Translations under genes and position numbers: made by a program
From: an uncultured Haloferula sp.
Lineage (GTDB): Bacteria > Verrucomicrobiota > Verrucomicrobiia > Verrucomicrobiales > Akkermansiaceae
DNA length: 64,000 nucleotides
Assembly (NCBI GenBank): GCA_965652295.1
Contig: CBFGTS010000015.1
Location: 41,086-105,085 of the forward strand
Reading direction: 5' to 3'
Part shown: positions 18,934-28,176 of the stretch, piece by piece
How positions within the stretch are numbered: the first letter of the stretch is position 1
How the letters are laid out: the number at the start of each line of letters is the position of its first letter
Notes under the pieces: generated by a model
What the model was told of the DNA's origin: nothing
Database searches by the model: none
What the model saw: only the letters and a program-made list of their open reading frames with translations

Positions 18934-20250
18934 TCACGCCTTCACCACCTGCCCTGGCCTCGTTTCCACCGATGCCATGGCGTTGCGGGTATCGACGATG
19001 AGATCAGCGGCGGCGGCGAGCTGTGGCAGATCGAAGGCCTGATGGTGGGTGGAAATCACCACACAATCCTGCGCGCGGAGGTTTTCCGCGGTCCAGGAAA
19101 GCGATTCCATGCCCGCCCACTCCATGTGCTCGCGGGTGGGACCGACGACCGGGACGTGCGGATCGTGATAGGCGACTTCGGCACCGAGCCGCTTGAAGCC
19201 GTCGAGCAGTGCGAAGGTCGGCGATTCCCGCATGTCATCGACGTCCGCCTTGTAGGCGAGGCCGAGCAACAGGATGCGACTGCCCCTCACCGCCTTGCCG
19301 CGGGAATTGAGCGCCTCCATGGTACGATGGATGACGTAGTCCGGCATCGCCCGGTTGACCTCCCCGGCGAGCTCGATGAAACGGGTGTGGACGCCATATT
19401 CGCGCGCTTTCCAGGTGAGGTAGAAAGGGTCGATCGGGATGCAGTGGCCACCGAGACCGGGGCCGGGGTAGAAGGCCTTGAAGCCGAAGGGCTTGGTCGA
19501 GGCGGCGCGGATGACCTCCCAGATGTCGATCCCCATCCGATCGGCGGCGATCTTGAGTTCGTTGACCAGGCCGATGTTCACCGCGCGGTAGATGTTTTCC
19601 AGCAGCTTGGTGAGTTCGGCCACCTTGCACGAGCTGACCGGCACGACCTCATCGAAGACCGCGCCATAGAGCGCCACCCCGGCTTCGAGGCAGGCCGGGG
19701 TCACGCCACCGACGACCTTCGGGATGTTGGTGGCGGCGAAGTCGGGATTGCCCGGGTCCTCGCGTTCCGGCGAATAGACGACGTGGATGTCGGTTCCCAC
19801 CACAAAGCCGGCGGCCTCGACGCGGGTCACCAGTTCCTCATCGGTGGTTCCGGGGTAGGTGGTGCTTTCGAGGCTGACGGTCTGGCCTTTCCGCAAGTGC
19901 GGGACGAGCGAGTCGATGGTCGCCGTGACGTAGCTGAGGTCGGGCTCGAAATGCTCGTCCAGCGGCGTGGGCACGCAGAGGATCAGCGCGTCACATTCGC
20001 TCGCGCGGGAAAAATCCACCGTGGCATCGAGATTCCCGCCCGACTTCGCTGCGGTGATCTGCGAATCGGGAATGTGCTTGATGTAGGTACGTCCGACGGC
20101 GAGCGCCTCGGGCTTGGCGGGATCGATATCGAAACCGATGGCCCGGTATCCGGCGCGGGCGTAGGCCAGCAGCAGCGGCAGGCCGACGTAGCCGAGGCCG
20201 ACGACGCCGATCACACGGTCATGGGAAAGAGTTGGAGTAGGGTTGCTCAT
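18934..20250 (-). CDS. nucleotide-sugar dehydrogenase (UDP-GlcNAc 6-dehydrogenase, WbpA/TviB-like)
   Basis: [54 protein letters not shown]; start ATG 20250. Confidence 0.92.
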   Translation of the reverse strand: MSNPTPTLSHDRVIGVVGLGYVGLPLLLAYARAGYRAIGFDIDPAKPEALAVGRTYIKHIPDSQITAAKSGGNLDATVDFSRASECDALILCVPTPLDEHFEPDLSYVTATIDSLVPHLRKGQTVSLESTTYPGTTDEELVTRVEAAGFVVGTDIHVVYSPEREDPGNPDFAATNIPKVVGGVTPACLEAGVALYGAVFDEVVPVSSCKVAELTKLLENIYRAVNIGLVNELKIAADRMGIDIWEVIRAASTKPFGFKAFYPGPGLGGHCIPIDPFYLTWKAREYGVHTRFIELAGEVNRAMPDYVIHRTMEALNSRGKAVRGSRILLLGLAYKADVDDMRESPTFALLDGFKRLGAEVAYHDPHVPVVGPTREHMEWAGMESLSWTAENLRAQDCVVISTHHQAFDLPQLAAAADLIVDTRNAMASVETRPGQVVKA

Positions 20251-21425
20251 CCGACGGAAGAATAACGGTCGATCAACTTTTCGGCCTCCTTGAGGGCCAT
20301 TCCGGTGACCTGATCCATGTTGTAGTAGCGGTAGGTGCCGAGGCGCCCGATGAAGCTGACGTTTTCCTCCAGCCCGGCCAACGCGGCGTATTTTTCGTAC
20401 GCCGCAGCGGCGTCCGGCGCGGGGATCGGGTAGTACGGTTCGTCCTCCGGCGTCCAATCCTTCGGGTATTCGCGGACGATCGTCGTCGCTTCGGTATCCT
20501 GTCCGGTCGCGTGCTTGATTTCCACGATCCGGGTGTAGGGCACGTCCGGGTCCGGATAGTTCACCTGCATCGCCGGTTGCCAGAAGCCCTCTTTGCCCGC
20601 GATTTCGCGGCGCGTTTCAAGTTCATCCGCGGTGAAGCTCTCGTGCTCGAAACGGAGCGAACGGTAGGGTAAGGCGCCGAAACGGCGGCCATAGTACTCG
20701 TCGATCGGACCGGTGAACACCAGGTGCTTCCAGCTCCAGCGCTCCTTCGCCTCATGGAAATCCGTTTCCAGCGCGAGTTCCAGCCCCGGCGAGGCGGCGA
20801 TCATCCGCTCGAACATCCGCGTGTAGCCCTCGTCCGGCAGCGCTTGGAACGATTCCTTCAGGTAGCGGTCGTCGCGGTTGGTCCGGATCGGAATCCTTCC
20901 GCACACCGAGGCGTCGAGCTCGCGCGGGTGCCGCTTCCACTGCTTGATCGTGTAGCCTTCGAAGAACAGTTCATACAACTCGCGGCCGACCTGTGAGACG
21001 ATGACCTCCTCGGAGTTCGCCGGTTGCTCCACCGGCTCACGGTGTTCTTCGAGCCACGCTTCGAACTCCCCGCTGGTGGCCGGACGACCGATCAGTTCCT
21101 CGAAGGTGTTGAGGTTGATTGGAAAACTCCAGTAGCGCCCGCGGGTAAAGCTCTTGATGCGGTATTCCACCGGCCGCCAACCGGTGAATTGCGAGAGGTA
21201 ATCGACGATCCGCGAGGAGTTGCTGCGGAAATAATGGGGGCCGTAGGTGTGGATGAGCACGCCGGCCTCATCCGGTGCGTCGTAGGCGTTTCCCCCGAAA
21301 TGCGCACGGCGATCGATGACCGTGCAGCGAAATCCCGCGTTGCTGAGCCTTTCCGCGACCACCAGCCCCGCAAAGCCCGCTCCCACGATGAGGAAGTCGA
21401 TGGCTTGCGGCGATTCAGCGGACAT
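20247..21425 (-). CDS. glf: UDP-galactopyranose mutase
   Basis: [48 protein letters not shown]; start ATG 21425. Confidence 0.95.
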   Translation of the reverse strand: MSAESPQAIDFLIVGAGFAGLVVAERLSNAGFRCTVIDRRAHFGGNAYDAPDEAGVLIHTYGPHYFRSNSSRIVDYLSQFTGWRPVEYRIKSFTRGRYWSFPINLNTFEELIGRPATSGEFEAWLEEHREPVEQPANSEEVIVSQVGRELYELFFEGYTIKQWKRHPRELDASVCGRIPIRTNRDDRYLKESFQALPDEGYTRMFERMIAASPGLELALETDFHEAKERWSWKHLVFTGPIDEYYGRRFGALPYRSLRFEHESFTADELETRREIAGKEGFWQPAMQVNYPDPDVPYTRIVEIKHATGQDTEATTIVREYPKDWTPEDEPYYPIPAPDAAAAYEKYAALAGLEENVSFIGRLGTYRYYNMDQVTGMALKEAEKLIDRYSSVG

Positions 21426-21472
21426 TCCAGAAGGTCGGGGTTGAGGCCATTGGGGAAGCGGGGCGTTCCGGG

Positions 21473-21484
21473 CACGCTGCCGCC
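21473..21484 (-). promoter_or_regulatory. ops-like pause/antiterminator-loading element (GGCGGCAGCGTG)
   Basis: 11/12 match to GGCGGTAGCGTG, in the 5' leader of the polysaccharide operon and downstream of a NusG/RfaH paralog. Confidence 0.6.
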
Positions 21485-21605
21485 CGTGGTCGCTTGTCCT
21501 CTCAACGGACAAAACCAAAGGGTGGGGGCTCGAAAATCGTGGTTCTCCGGAGGACCCTCATGCGCGGTCCCGGCGGACGCCTCGATGCATGCCGCATCCG
21601 GATAA

Positions 21606-21627
21606 TTGTTCAATTCAAAATGAACAA
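21606..21627. promoter_or_regulatory. palindromic operator TTGTTCA-N8-TGAACAA upstream of glf
   Basis: Perfect 7-bp arms; near-copy (18/22) at 22736-22757. Confidence 0.65.
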
Positions 21628-21665
21628 ATTCCGCGTTCGTGGAAGTCGCGGAAAAAGCGCTGGAC

Positions 21666-22205
21666 TCAGGGATTCGGGCGCTTCGGCAGCAGCAGGGCGT
21701 AGAGATCGACATCGACCACCTGCTCCTGGCCCAGAAATTCCAGCAGCACCCGCACGCGCTCCCGACCCGGCAGAACTTCCACCACCCGTCCTTCGAATCC
21801 CCCCAACGGTCCATGAGCCACCTCCACCTCGTCACCGCGCTCGATCTTCGGCGCGAGGGTCAGCGTCTCCCCTTCGATCGATTCGTGTTCCCGGACTTCC
21901 CGACGCAGCGCCTCGACAAAGCTCTCCGGCACCTCCGGGACGAAACTTCCGAACCTCACCAACCCGGTCACTCCTTGGGAAAACTCGACCATGCGACGCA
22001 TCTCCGTGAGGTCGAAACGCGCCAGAACGTAGCCGGGAAACATCGCCTCCACCCACCACACTTTCCCCCGCCGGGTCGCTTTCCGGTAGCGCAGGCGGGG
22101 GCAGAAAACGTCGACGTCCTCAAGATCGCGAAGATGCTCCGCCACGACGTGCTCCCGCTTCGGCGCGGTCTTCACGCAGTACCATTTCGGTCCGCCGTCG
22201 CTCAC
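21666..22205 (-). CDS. NusG-family transcription antiterminator (RfaH/UpxY-like)
   Basis: WYCVKTAPKRE...EAMFPGYVLARF NGN domain; GDEVEVAHGPLGGFEG...RVRVLLEFLG KOW domain. Confidence 0.9.
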   Translation of the reverse strand: MSDGGPKWYCVKTAPKREHVVAEHLRDLEDVDVFCPRLRYRKATRRGKVWWVEAMFPGYVLARFDLTEMRRMVEFSQGVTGLVRFGSFVPEVPESFVEALRREVREHESIEGETLTLAPKIERGDEVEVAHGPLGGFEGRVVEVLPGRERVRVLLEFLGQEQVVDVDLYALLLPKRPNP

Positions 22206-22714
22206 TGACCCAGGAATTTTTGCAGGATCGGCAGCACCATGCGGCCCCGCCGGATCCAGTTCTCCAAGCGTTCGATCCTCTCATCGAAGAACTCCCGCTC
22301 CGTTGGATCCACCTCTCTTGTCACCGCCTCCTGAAGCGCGGAAATCTTCGTCTGCCCGCTCTCCAGATGAGGCCGGACCTGCTCGCGGATGAATCCGCCC
22401 ACCAGAGGCTTCAACTCCGCCGCCGCCTCGAAATACGTTCTCCGCACGCCCACCACCTCAAGCTCGCGCACCGCTCCGAGGCTCTTCAACGTCCGCAGCC
22501 CCTGGCTCGCGGAACCCTTGCTGATCCGGAGCCGCTCCACCAGATCATCCAGGGAAAGCGGCTCACGGCTTATGAAAAGCAGGCCGTAAATCTCACCCAC
22601 GGACCCCGGCAAACCCAGGACCCGCACGCCATCGACGAAAATATCGATCGCCCGCCGCTCGACATCCGTCAGCACCGTCCCTGTCTCCTCGCGTTTTTCC
22701 TCGGGCACGTTCAC
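22202..22714 (-). CDS. GbsR/MarR-family winged-helix transcriptional regulator
   Basis: LGLPGSVGEIYGLLFIS..PLSLDDLVERLRISKGSASQGLRTL; ATGA overlap with the NusG paralog. Confidence 0.85.
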   Translation of the reverse strand: MNVPEEKREETGTVLTDVERRAIDIFVDGVRVLGLPGSVGEIYGLLFISREPLSLDDLVERLRISKGSASQGLRTLKSLGAVRELEVVGVRRTYFEAAAELKPLVGGFIREQVRPHLESGQTKISALQEAVTREVDPTEREFFDERIERLENWIRRGRMVLPILQKFLGQ

Positions 22715-22735
22715 CCGATACCCGCCCGATGATCT

Positions 22736-22757
22736 TTGTTCAAATCAAATTGAACTT
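22736..22757. promoter_or_regulatory. operator-like palindrome TTGTTCA-N8-TGAACTT upstream of the regulator gene
   Basis: Same spacing and 18/22 identity to 21606-21627; 21 bp from the start codon. Confidence 0.6.
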
Positions 22758-22792
22758 TCGGACCCGCCGTCCTTCTTCCACCGGGGCTCTTA

Positions 22793-22851
22793 TTGGAACG
22801 CGAGCTTCAGCTCGCCCGGCGGAACCATGCGGGCTGAAGCCCGCGTTCCAA
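22793..22851. repeat. inverted REP-like doublet (REPIN-like)
   Basis: TTGGAACGCGAGCTTCAGCTCGC ... GCGGGCTGAAGCCCGCGTTCCAA; each arm is itself a hairpin. Confidence 0.75.
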
Positions 22852-22992
22852 CAACCCGGACACCACCCCACCCTGTGGATCGAATCCATCATGTTCCCGC
22901 CTCTCTAACGCGTCCTGCTTCCGCCTCACCGCGACCTTGCTTTGCACGGGCGTTCCTGTCATTCTCGCCGATGGGCAAAAGCCCCTCCTGCC

Positions 22993-23310
22993 ATGAACGA
23001 GATCCTCCAAGCCTGGCGGTCCGTCGATCGCAACAAACTCGCGCTGGCCTTGAGCATCGTCCCCGGTGCCGGCCACCTCTACAAACACCACTACGCCGCC
23101 GGCATCGGCATCCTGATCGGTGGCAACCTGCTCGCCCTCTTCGTGGCGCTCCTCCTGGGCCTCGCCACCTTCGGCGTTTCGCTGGTCGTCGTGCCGCTCG
23201 CCTACGTCACCGTGGTGGCCGTCTCGGCCTACTACGCGCCCGACTGGCACTGGCACCACACCTACCTGCATCCCTGGCACCCCGCACCGCCGGACGAGTC
23301 CTCGGGCTAA
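22993..23310 (+). CDS. small membrane protein (LSIVPGAGHLY motif, TM2/DUF5683-like)
   Basis: ATG 22993; ALALSIVPGAGHLY followed by two hydrophobic helices. Confidence 0.7.
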   Translation: MNEILQAWRSVDRNKLALALSIVPGAGHLYKHHYAAGIGILIGGNLLALFVALLLGLATFGVSLVVVPLAYVTVVAVSAYYAPDWHWHHTYLHPWHPAPPDESSG

Positions 23311-23531
23311 GAGACTGTTGAAAAACCCCGCACGGTCCCGCCGCCTGGATTTTTGGTAGGGTATAATGCGCTTCGCGGAGCTGGGATGATCGGCAGCCCT
23401 GACGGGCAGGACCCCTTGAAGATGCTGACTGCGTTGCTTGTCGGTCAAGGATCCCGATCCACTCCCTCCGCGCGCCTTGCCAGCATCTTCAAGGAGCCCT
23501 GCGGGATCATCCGGGGTTTTTCAACAGCCTC
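23311..23531. mobile_element. non-autonomous MITE (221 bp) with IS5/IS1182-like terminal inverted repeats
   Basis: GAGACTGTTGAAAAACCCCG / CGGGGTTTTTCAACAGCCTC (19/20 match), flanked by CTAA and TTAA; no transposase inside. Confidence 0.8.
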
Positions 23532-24032
23532 TTAAAGCGGCAGATCCCCGCCTTCCAAATCCCCGCCTTCCTCGAAGTCCACCTCCCGCACCCGCTTGCG
23601 GTCGCGCCAGTATTCCACCTGCTTGCGCAGCGTCTCGCGGAGATCGATCCCATCCGCCACGGCCTCGATCGTCACCCGCGGATGCGAGCGATCGGAGGTG
23701 TCCAGATGCAGGTTCGAAAGCCCGAACATCCGGATCCAGAACGGTCGCTCCATCGTCGTGTCCTTGACCCGGTAGAGCTCCACTTCATCGATGCTCTGGT
23801 TGAACACGCCGTCGTATAGCCGCAAGCGTTCGGTGGTCAGCTCATACACCCGGCAGCGCACCTTGAGGTAATTCCACAGCATCCAGAGGAGAGGCAGCGG
23901 CAGGGCGAACCATGCCGGCGGAAAAAACACGCCGCCCGCACCAATCGCGCCCGCCACCCCGAGGGCCACAAGGTGCGGCCCGAGATTGAGGACCTGCGAG
24001 GGCGAACCTTTCCATAAAATCTCCTCATTCAT
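23532..24032 (-). CDS. bacterial PH-domain membrane protein
   Basis: EEILWKGSPS, two TM helices, YELTTERL..GVFNQSIDEVELYRVKD; start ATG 24032. Confidence 0.85.
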   Translation of the reverse strand: MNEEILWKGSPSQVLNLGPHLVALGVAGAIGAGGVFFPPAWFALPLPLLWMLWNYLKVRCRVYELTTERLRLYDGVFNQSIDEVELYRVKDTTMERPFWIRMFGLSNLHLDTSDRSHPRVTIEAVADGIDLRETLRKQVEYWRDRKRVREVDFEEGGDLEGGDLPL

Positions 24033-24283
24033 GAGGTAGAGGATGTCGGAGCCGCCCCGCCTCCGCCAGTGGAGAATTGCGCCATCGTTGGAATGGCTAC
24101 CCCGGCGGACAACGCCTTGGCCGCAGGGCGATCCAGCTCGGGAGAATGATGGGCACCCGCTCTTCCGATTTCCCCCAGATGAACGCGGATGCAGGCATCC
24201 AGGTTTCCAAGTTGCCTTTTTCAATCATCGAGAGACAGAGTTTACGGAGATCACGGAGAAAGGCAGAAATGGGAGGTTTCCCG

Positions 24284-24418
24284 GCTCCGTGGCCTCCGTT
24301 CCCAAAAGAATGCCTGTCCTACCAAACCGCCTCGAAGCCTTCGGACGACGACCGCTGAAGGAACCCTACGGCGTTCATCCCTGCATCTGCGGTTCTCTTC
24401 CTCCCTAGCTTGATCGAC
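24284..24418 (+). repeat. ~135-bp dispersed intergenic repeat, copy 1
   Basis: Aligns with the reverse complement of 63815-63949 (shared AAGAATGCCTGTCC, CCTCGAAGC and TGCATCTGCGGTTCTCT.CCTCCCTAGCTTGATCG). Confidence 0.8.
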
Positions 24419-24437
24419 CTACCTCCGGCCAGAAGGA

Positions 24438-25802
24438 TCAAACCTTCCTCAACGACTCCGTGGAATCGCCGAAGCGCCGTTGTTTCACTCCCAGTTCGTC
24501 GAGCATGCGCAGGTAGAGATTGGAAATCGGAACGTTCCCACCGAGATCCACATGGCGGCCGGGTTTGAAGGCACCGCCGCCGTGGCCCGCCACCACGATC
24601 GGCAGGTCGTCGTGGTTGTGCCGGTCGCCATCGGAAATGCAGCCGCCGTAAACGATCATCGAGTTGTGCAGCAGGCTCTGGCCGTCGATGTCCTCGGTGT
24701 TCTTGAGTCGATCCAGGAAGTACGCGAGCTGCCGCATGTAGAAGTGATCGATCTTGGCGATCTTTTTCAAGTTGTCGCGATTTCCCTGATGGTGGGAGAT
24801 GTTGTGGTGGCCGTCCGACACCCCGATTTCCTTGAAGCTGCGGTTGCTGCCATCGTGCGCCATCAGGAAGGTCGAGATGCGGGTGGAGTCGGTTTTGAAA
24901 GCCAGCACCATCATGTCGAACATGAGCCGCAGGTGCTCCTCGTAGGTGCCGGGGACGTCGGGCGCGGGCACGCCGGGGTCCGGCGGTAGACCCATGGCCT
25001 CGGTTTTCTCGATCTGCTTCTCGATCTCGCGGACGCCCGTGAGGTATTCGTCGAGCTTCTGTTGGTCGCTGCGGCCCAGGTGACGATGCAGGGATTTGGC
25101 GTCGTGCGAGATGAAATCGAGCATCGATTTCTTGGTGGCGTAGCGGCGGCCGAGGCTGTCGGCGCGTTCCTTGGCATCGCCCGCGCCGAAGAGGCGCTCG
25201 AACACCGCACGTGGGCTCGACTCAGGTGTCATCGGCTGGTTCTCCGACCGCCACGAGAGATTGAATTGATACGCGCAGGAGTAGCCGGAGTCGCAGGAAC
25301 CGGACTTGCGGACGCCATCGGCGGAAAGCTCGAGCGAGGGAAGCCTCGTCTGGGCACCGATCGCGTTGGCGGCGACCTGATCGATGGAGATGCCGAGGTC
25401 GATATCCGAGCCGGCGGTCTTGCGGGCGCGGGTACTGGTCAGGAAAGTGGCCACACCCCGGGCATGGTCGCCGGGACCGTCTCCATCCGCCGCTGCGGCC
25501 TTTTGCTCGAAACCGGTGTAGATCTGGAAGTCCTCGCGCAGCGCTTCCATCGGCGCAAAGGTCGGCCCCATCTTGTAGCTGGAGGTGGTGCCTTTGGGCC
25601 GCCAGCGTTCCACGTTCACGCCGTTCGGAATGTAAAGATAGGCCATGCGCAGGGGGGCGCCGCTGGCGGTCGTGGCGAGCGCCCGGCCCGCAGTCTCCGC
25701 CGCCATCAGCGGACGGAAGCATTCGAGCGCGGGCAGACTCACGGCCGCGCCGAGGCCCCGCAGAAATCCGCGGCGGCTGGTGTTTCCTGGATGAATGCTC
25801 AT
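24438..25802 (-). CDS. DUF1552 (HXXSHH) domain protein, Tat-like N-terminus
   Basis: SRRGFLRGLGAAVSLP, YIPNGV, CDSGYSCAY, GHHNISHH, DGDRHNHDDLP. Confidence 0.92.
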   Translation of the reverse strand: MSIHPGNTSRRGFLRGLGAAVSLPALECFRPLMAAETAGRALATTASGAPLRMAYLYIPNGVNVERWRPKGTTSSYKMGPTFAPMEALREDFQIYTGFEQKAAAADGDGPGDHARGVATFLTSTRARKTAGSDIDLGISIDQVAANAIGAQTRLPSLELSADGVRKSGSCDSGYSCAYQFNLSWRSENQPMTPESSPRAVFERLFGAGDAKERADSLGRRYATKKSMLDFISHDAKSLHRHLGRSDQQKLDEYLTGVREIEKQIEKTEAMGLPPDPGVPAPDVPGTYEEHLRLMFDMMVLAFKTDSTRISTFLMAHDGSNRSFKEIGVSDGHHNISHHQGNRDNLKKIAKIDHFYMRQLAYFLDRLKNTEDIDGQSLLHNSMIVYGGCISDGDRHNHDDLPIVVAGHGGGAFKPGRHVDLGGNVPISNLYLRMLDELGVKQRRFGDSTESLRKV

Positions 25803-25834
25803 GGGTGGATCAGGTTGGGAATTTCAGGGGAGGC

Positions 25835-28168
25835 TCAATCGTCGCCCCGCCGCTTCTGGAACGGGGCGCTTTCGACAATACCGTAGATCAACTCGCGGAG
25901 CTTGCCGTCGTTCTTCTCGAGGCGCTCGACGAGCTGGTCGATGGTGGTGGCGTCGTAATATTCGACTCCGCGACCGATGGCGTAGGTGAGGAGTTTTTCG
26001 GAAAGGCAGCGGTAGAAATCCTCACGGCGGTCGGTGGCGAGAATCTTCTTCAGCCCGGCCACATTGACGAACTTCTCGCCGGTGAGCAGCTCGCCGCTGG
26101 CGTCGATGCGTTTGCCGTGGTCCTTCGCCCGGAACTGCCCGAGGGCATTGAAATGCTCCAGCGCCAGGCCGATGGGATCCATCCGTGCGTGGCAGCCGCG
26201 GCAGTCGGGGTTCTTGCGGTGGATCTCCATCATCTCCCGCATGGTGGGCTCGCCGTTGGTGCCCGTTCCGGCAGCGTCTTCGAGCGGTGGCACGTCCGCC
26301 GGCGCGGGCGGGGCCGGGGTGCCGAGGAGGTTGTCGAGGACGAACAGACCGCGCTTCACCGGCGAAGTGCGGGTGGGATTGGACGTCACCATGAGCACGC
26401 TGCCGTGGGTCAGCACCCCGCCCCGCTCGGGGTGCTGAGTCAGATCCACGGGCTGGAACTCCTCTCCCTTGACCCCCTCGATTCCATAAAACCCCGCCAG
26501 CCTTTCATTGAGAAATCCGTAGCGGGCGGAGATCAGCTCCTCGGCCGGGCGGCCTTCGCGGAGGATGAACTCGAAGAGCAACTCGGTTTCCCGCCGCATG
26601 TCGTCGCGCAGGCGGACGTCGAACACACGCGCCGCCTCGCGGTTGCTTTCAAGATCGAGGATGTCCCTCGCACTGACCGGGACCGAAGCCACATCACGGA
26701 TCTGCAGCCACTGGCCGACGAAGTTTTCCGTCAGCCGCTTGGCCCGCGGGTCGGCCAGCATGCGGTCGATCTGCGCGTAAAGGTTCTCCCGCAGCTTGGT
26801 ATTGAACGCGAGGCTCAGCAATTCGTCATCCGGCACCGATCCCCAGAGGAAAAACGACATCCGCGCTGCCAACGCGTATTCGTCGAGCGGCACGATCTTG
26901 TCGGGATTGTTCGGCTCCGGCTGGATCTCGACGCGGAAGAGAAATCGCGGCGACGCCAGGCAGGTCGCGATCGCCTGCTTGATGCCGTCCTGGAAGTCCT
27001 TGCCGGGCTGGCGATCCACCTCGTCCACCATTTCGACCAAGCGGTCGATGGTCGAGTTGTCGAGCGGACGGCGGAAGGCGCGGCTGACGAAGCTGCGCAT
27101 GATCTTGCGGGCATAGCGCTCACGAGCGGCATCGTTTTCAGGTGGCTCGCCATCGACGAAGATCATCCGGTAACCCTTGGCATACTCCCTCTGCTCGCCG
27201 CCCAGCGGGCCCTGGACGATGACCCGCTGGAGCGTCAGGAAGAGCTCCTCCTCACCCGCCGCGGCCTCGCGGCCGGGTTTCAGGTGGATTTCGAAATCCT
27301 GACCGCCCTTTTTCAGCGCGGCCTTGCCGGTCAACTGGATCGTCCGCCGCTGGTCCCAGCCGAGGGAAACCTCATCCACCGTGGAACCGCCGACTTTCAC
27401 ATCCATCAGGGCCTCATGGATGGTCGCCTCGGTCGCACCCCGGATGGCATACTCCACGGTGATCTGGTATTCCCCATCCCACCTGATGTCCTGTTTGGCC
27501 ACCACCCGGTTCTCTTCGGCGAAAGGCAGCCAGCGGCCGGTGGTGAGCGGCGCACCGGGTGCCTTGAAGGCCGCACCATCGATATCGACCCGCGGCACCT
27601 GGGCGGCGGCACCTTCCGGCAGCGCCAGGGCCACCACCTCGTCGGCCGCGGCGATGTATTTCTCCATCAACAGCGGCGAGATGGAAAGCACGTCGCCGAT
27701 GTTGTCGAAGCCGTAGCCGGTGTCGTCGGGCGGGAACGCCTCGGTGGTGTCGTACTCCACACCTAGTAGATCGAAGACGGCGTTGCGATACTCCGAGCGG
27801 TTGAGGCGGCGGATGGTGACCCGGCCAGGGTCGGGGTTCTCCGGATCGAGCTTGAACACCTGCTGCTCGATCCACGCCTGGAGCTGGCGTTTCTCCGCAG
27901 GCTCGAGCTGGTCTTCGTCGGAGGGAGGCATGATCTGGCTGCGCACGTTGCGCCAGATCGCCAGCCAGTGTTCACGGTCGTCGAGATGGCTGGCAAGGTC
28001 GCCGAACTCGTCCATCGAGAACTTCCCTTTCGAAGCGCCGTCGCCGTGACAATCGAAGCAGTAGTTTTCGAGCAGCGGCACGATTTTCGACTCATAGCTC
28101 TCCTCCGGACCCGCATCGGCGGCAGCGCCGGAGAAGGCCAAAAGAACGGTGAGCTTGCGGAGGAACAT
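25835..28168 (-). CDS. DUF1592/DUF1588 (PSD) domain protein with cytochrome c motifs
   Basis: Signal peptide, CFDCHG, RRLNRSEYRNAV.DL, SFFLWGSVPDDEL, RTSPVKRG, CRGCHARMDPIG; paired with DUF1552. Confidence 0.92.
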   Translation of the reverse strand: MFLRKLTVLLAFSGAAADAGPEESYESKIVPLLENYCFDCHGDGASKGKFSMDEFGDLASHLDDREHWLAIWRNVRSQIMPPSDEDQLEPAEKRQLQAWIEQQVFKLDPENPDPGRVTIRRLNRSEYRNAVFDLLGVEYDTTEAFPPDDTGYGFDNIGDVLSISPLLMEKYIAAADEVVALALPEGAAAQVPRVDIDGAAFKAPGAPLTTGRWLPFAEENRVVAKQDIRWDGEYQITVEYAIRGATEATIHEALMDVKVGGSTVDEVSLGWDQRRTIQLTGKAALKKGGQDFEIHLKPGREAAAGEEELFLTLQRVIVQGPLGGEQREYAKGYRMIFVDGEPPENDAARERYARKIMRSFVSRAFRRPLDNSTIDRLVEMVDEVDRQPGKDFQDGIKQAIATCLASPRFLFRVEIQPEPNNPDKIVPLDEYALAARMSFFLWGSVPDDELLSLAFNTKLRENLYAQIDRMLADPRAKRLTENFVGQWLQIRDVASVPVSARDILDLESNREAARVFDVRLRDDMRRETELLFEFILREGRPAEELISARYGFLNERLAGFYGIEGVKGEEFQPVDLTQHPERGGVLTHGSVLMVTSNPTRTSPVKRGLFVLDNLLGTPAPPAPADVPPLEDAAGTGTNGEPTMREMMEIHRKNPDCRGCHARMDPIGLALEHFNALGQFRAKDHGKRIDASGELLTGEKFVNVAGLKKILATDRREDFYRCLSEKLLTYAIGRGVEYYDATTIDQLVERLEKNDGKLRELIYGIVESAPFQKRRGDD

Positions 28169-28176
28169 GGTGGATT

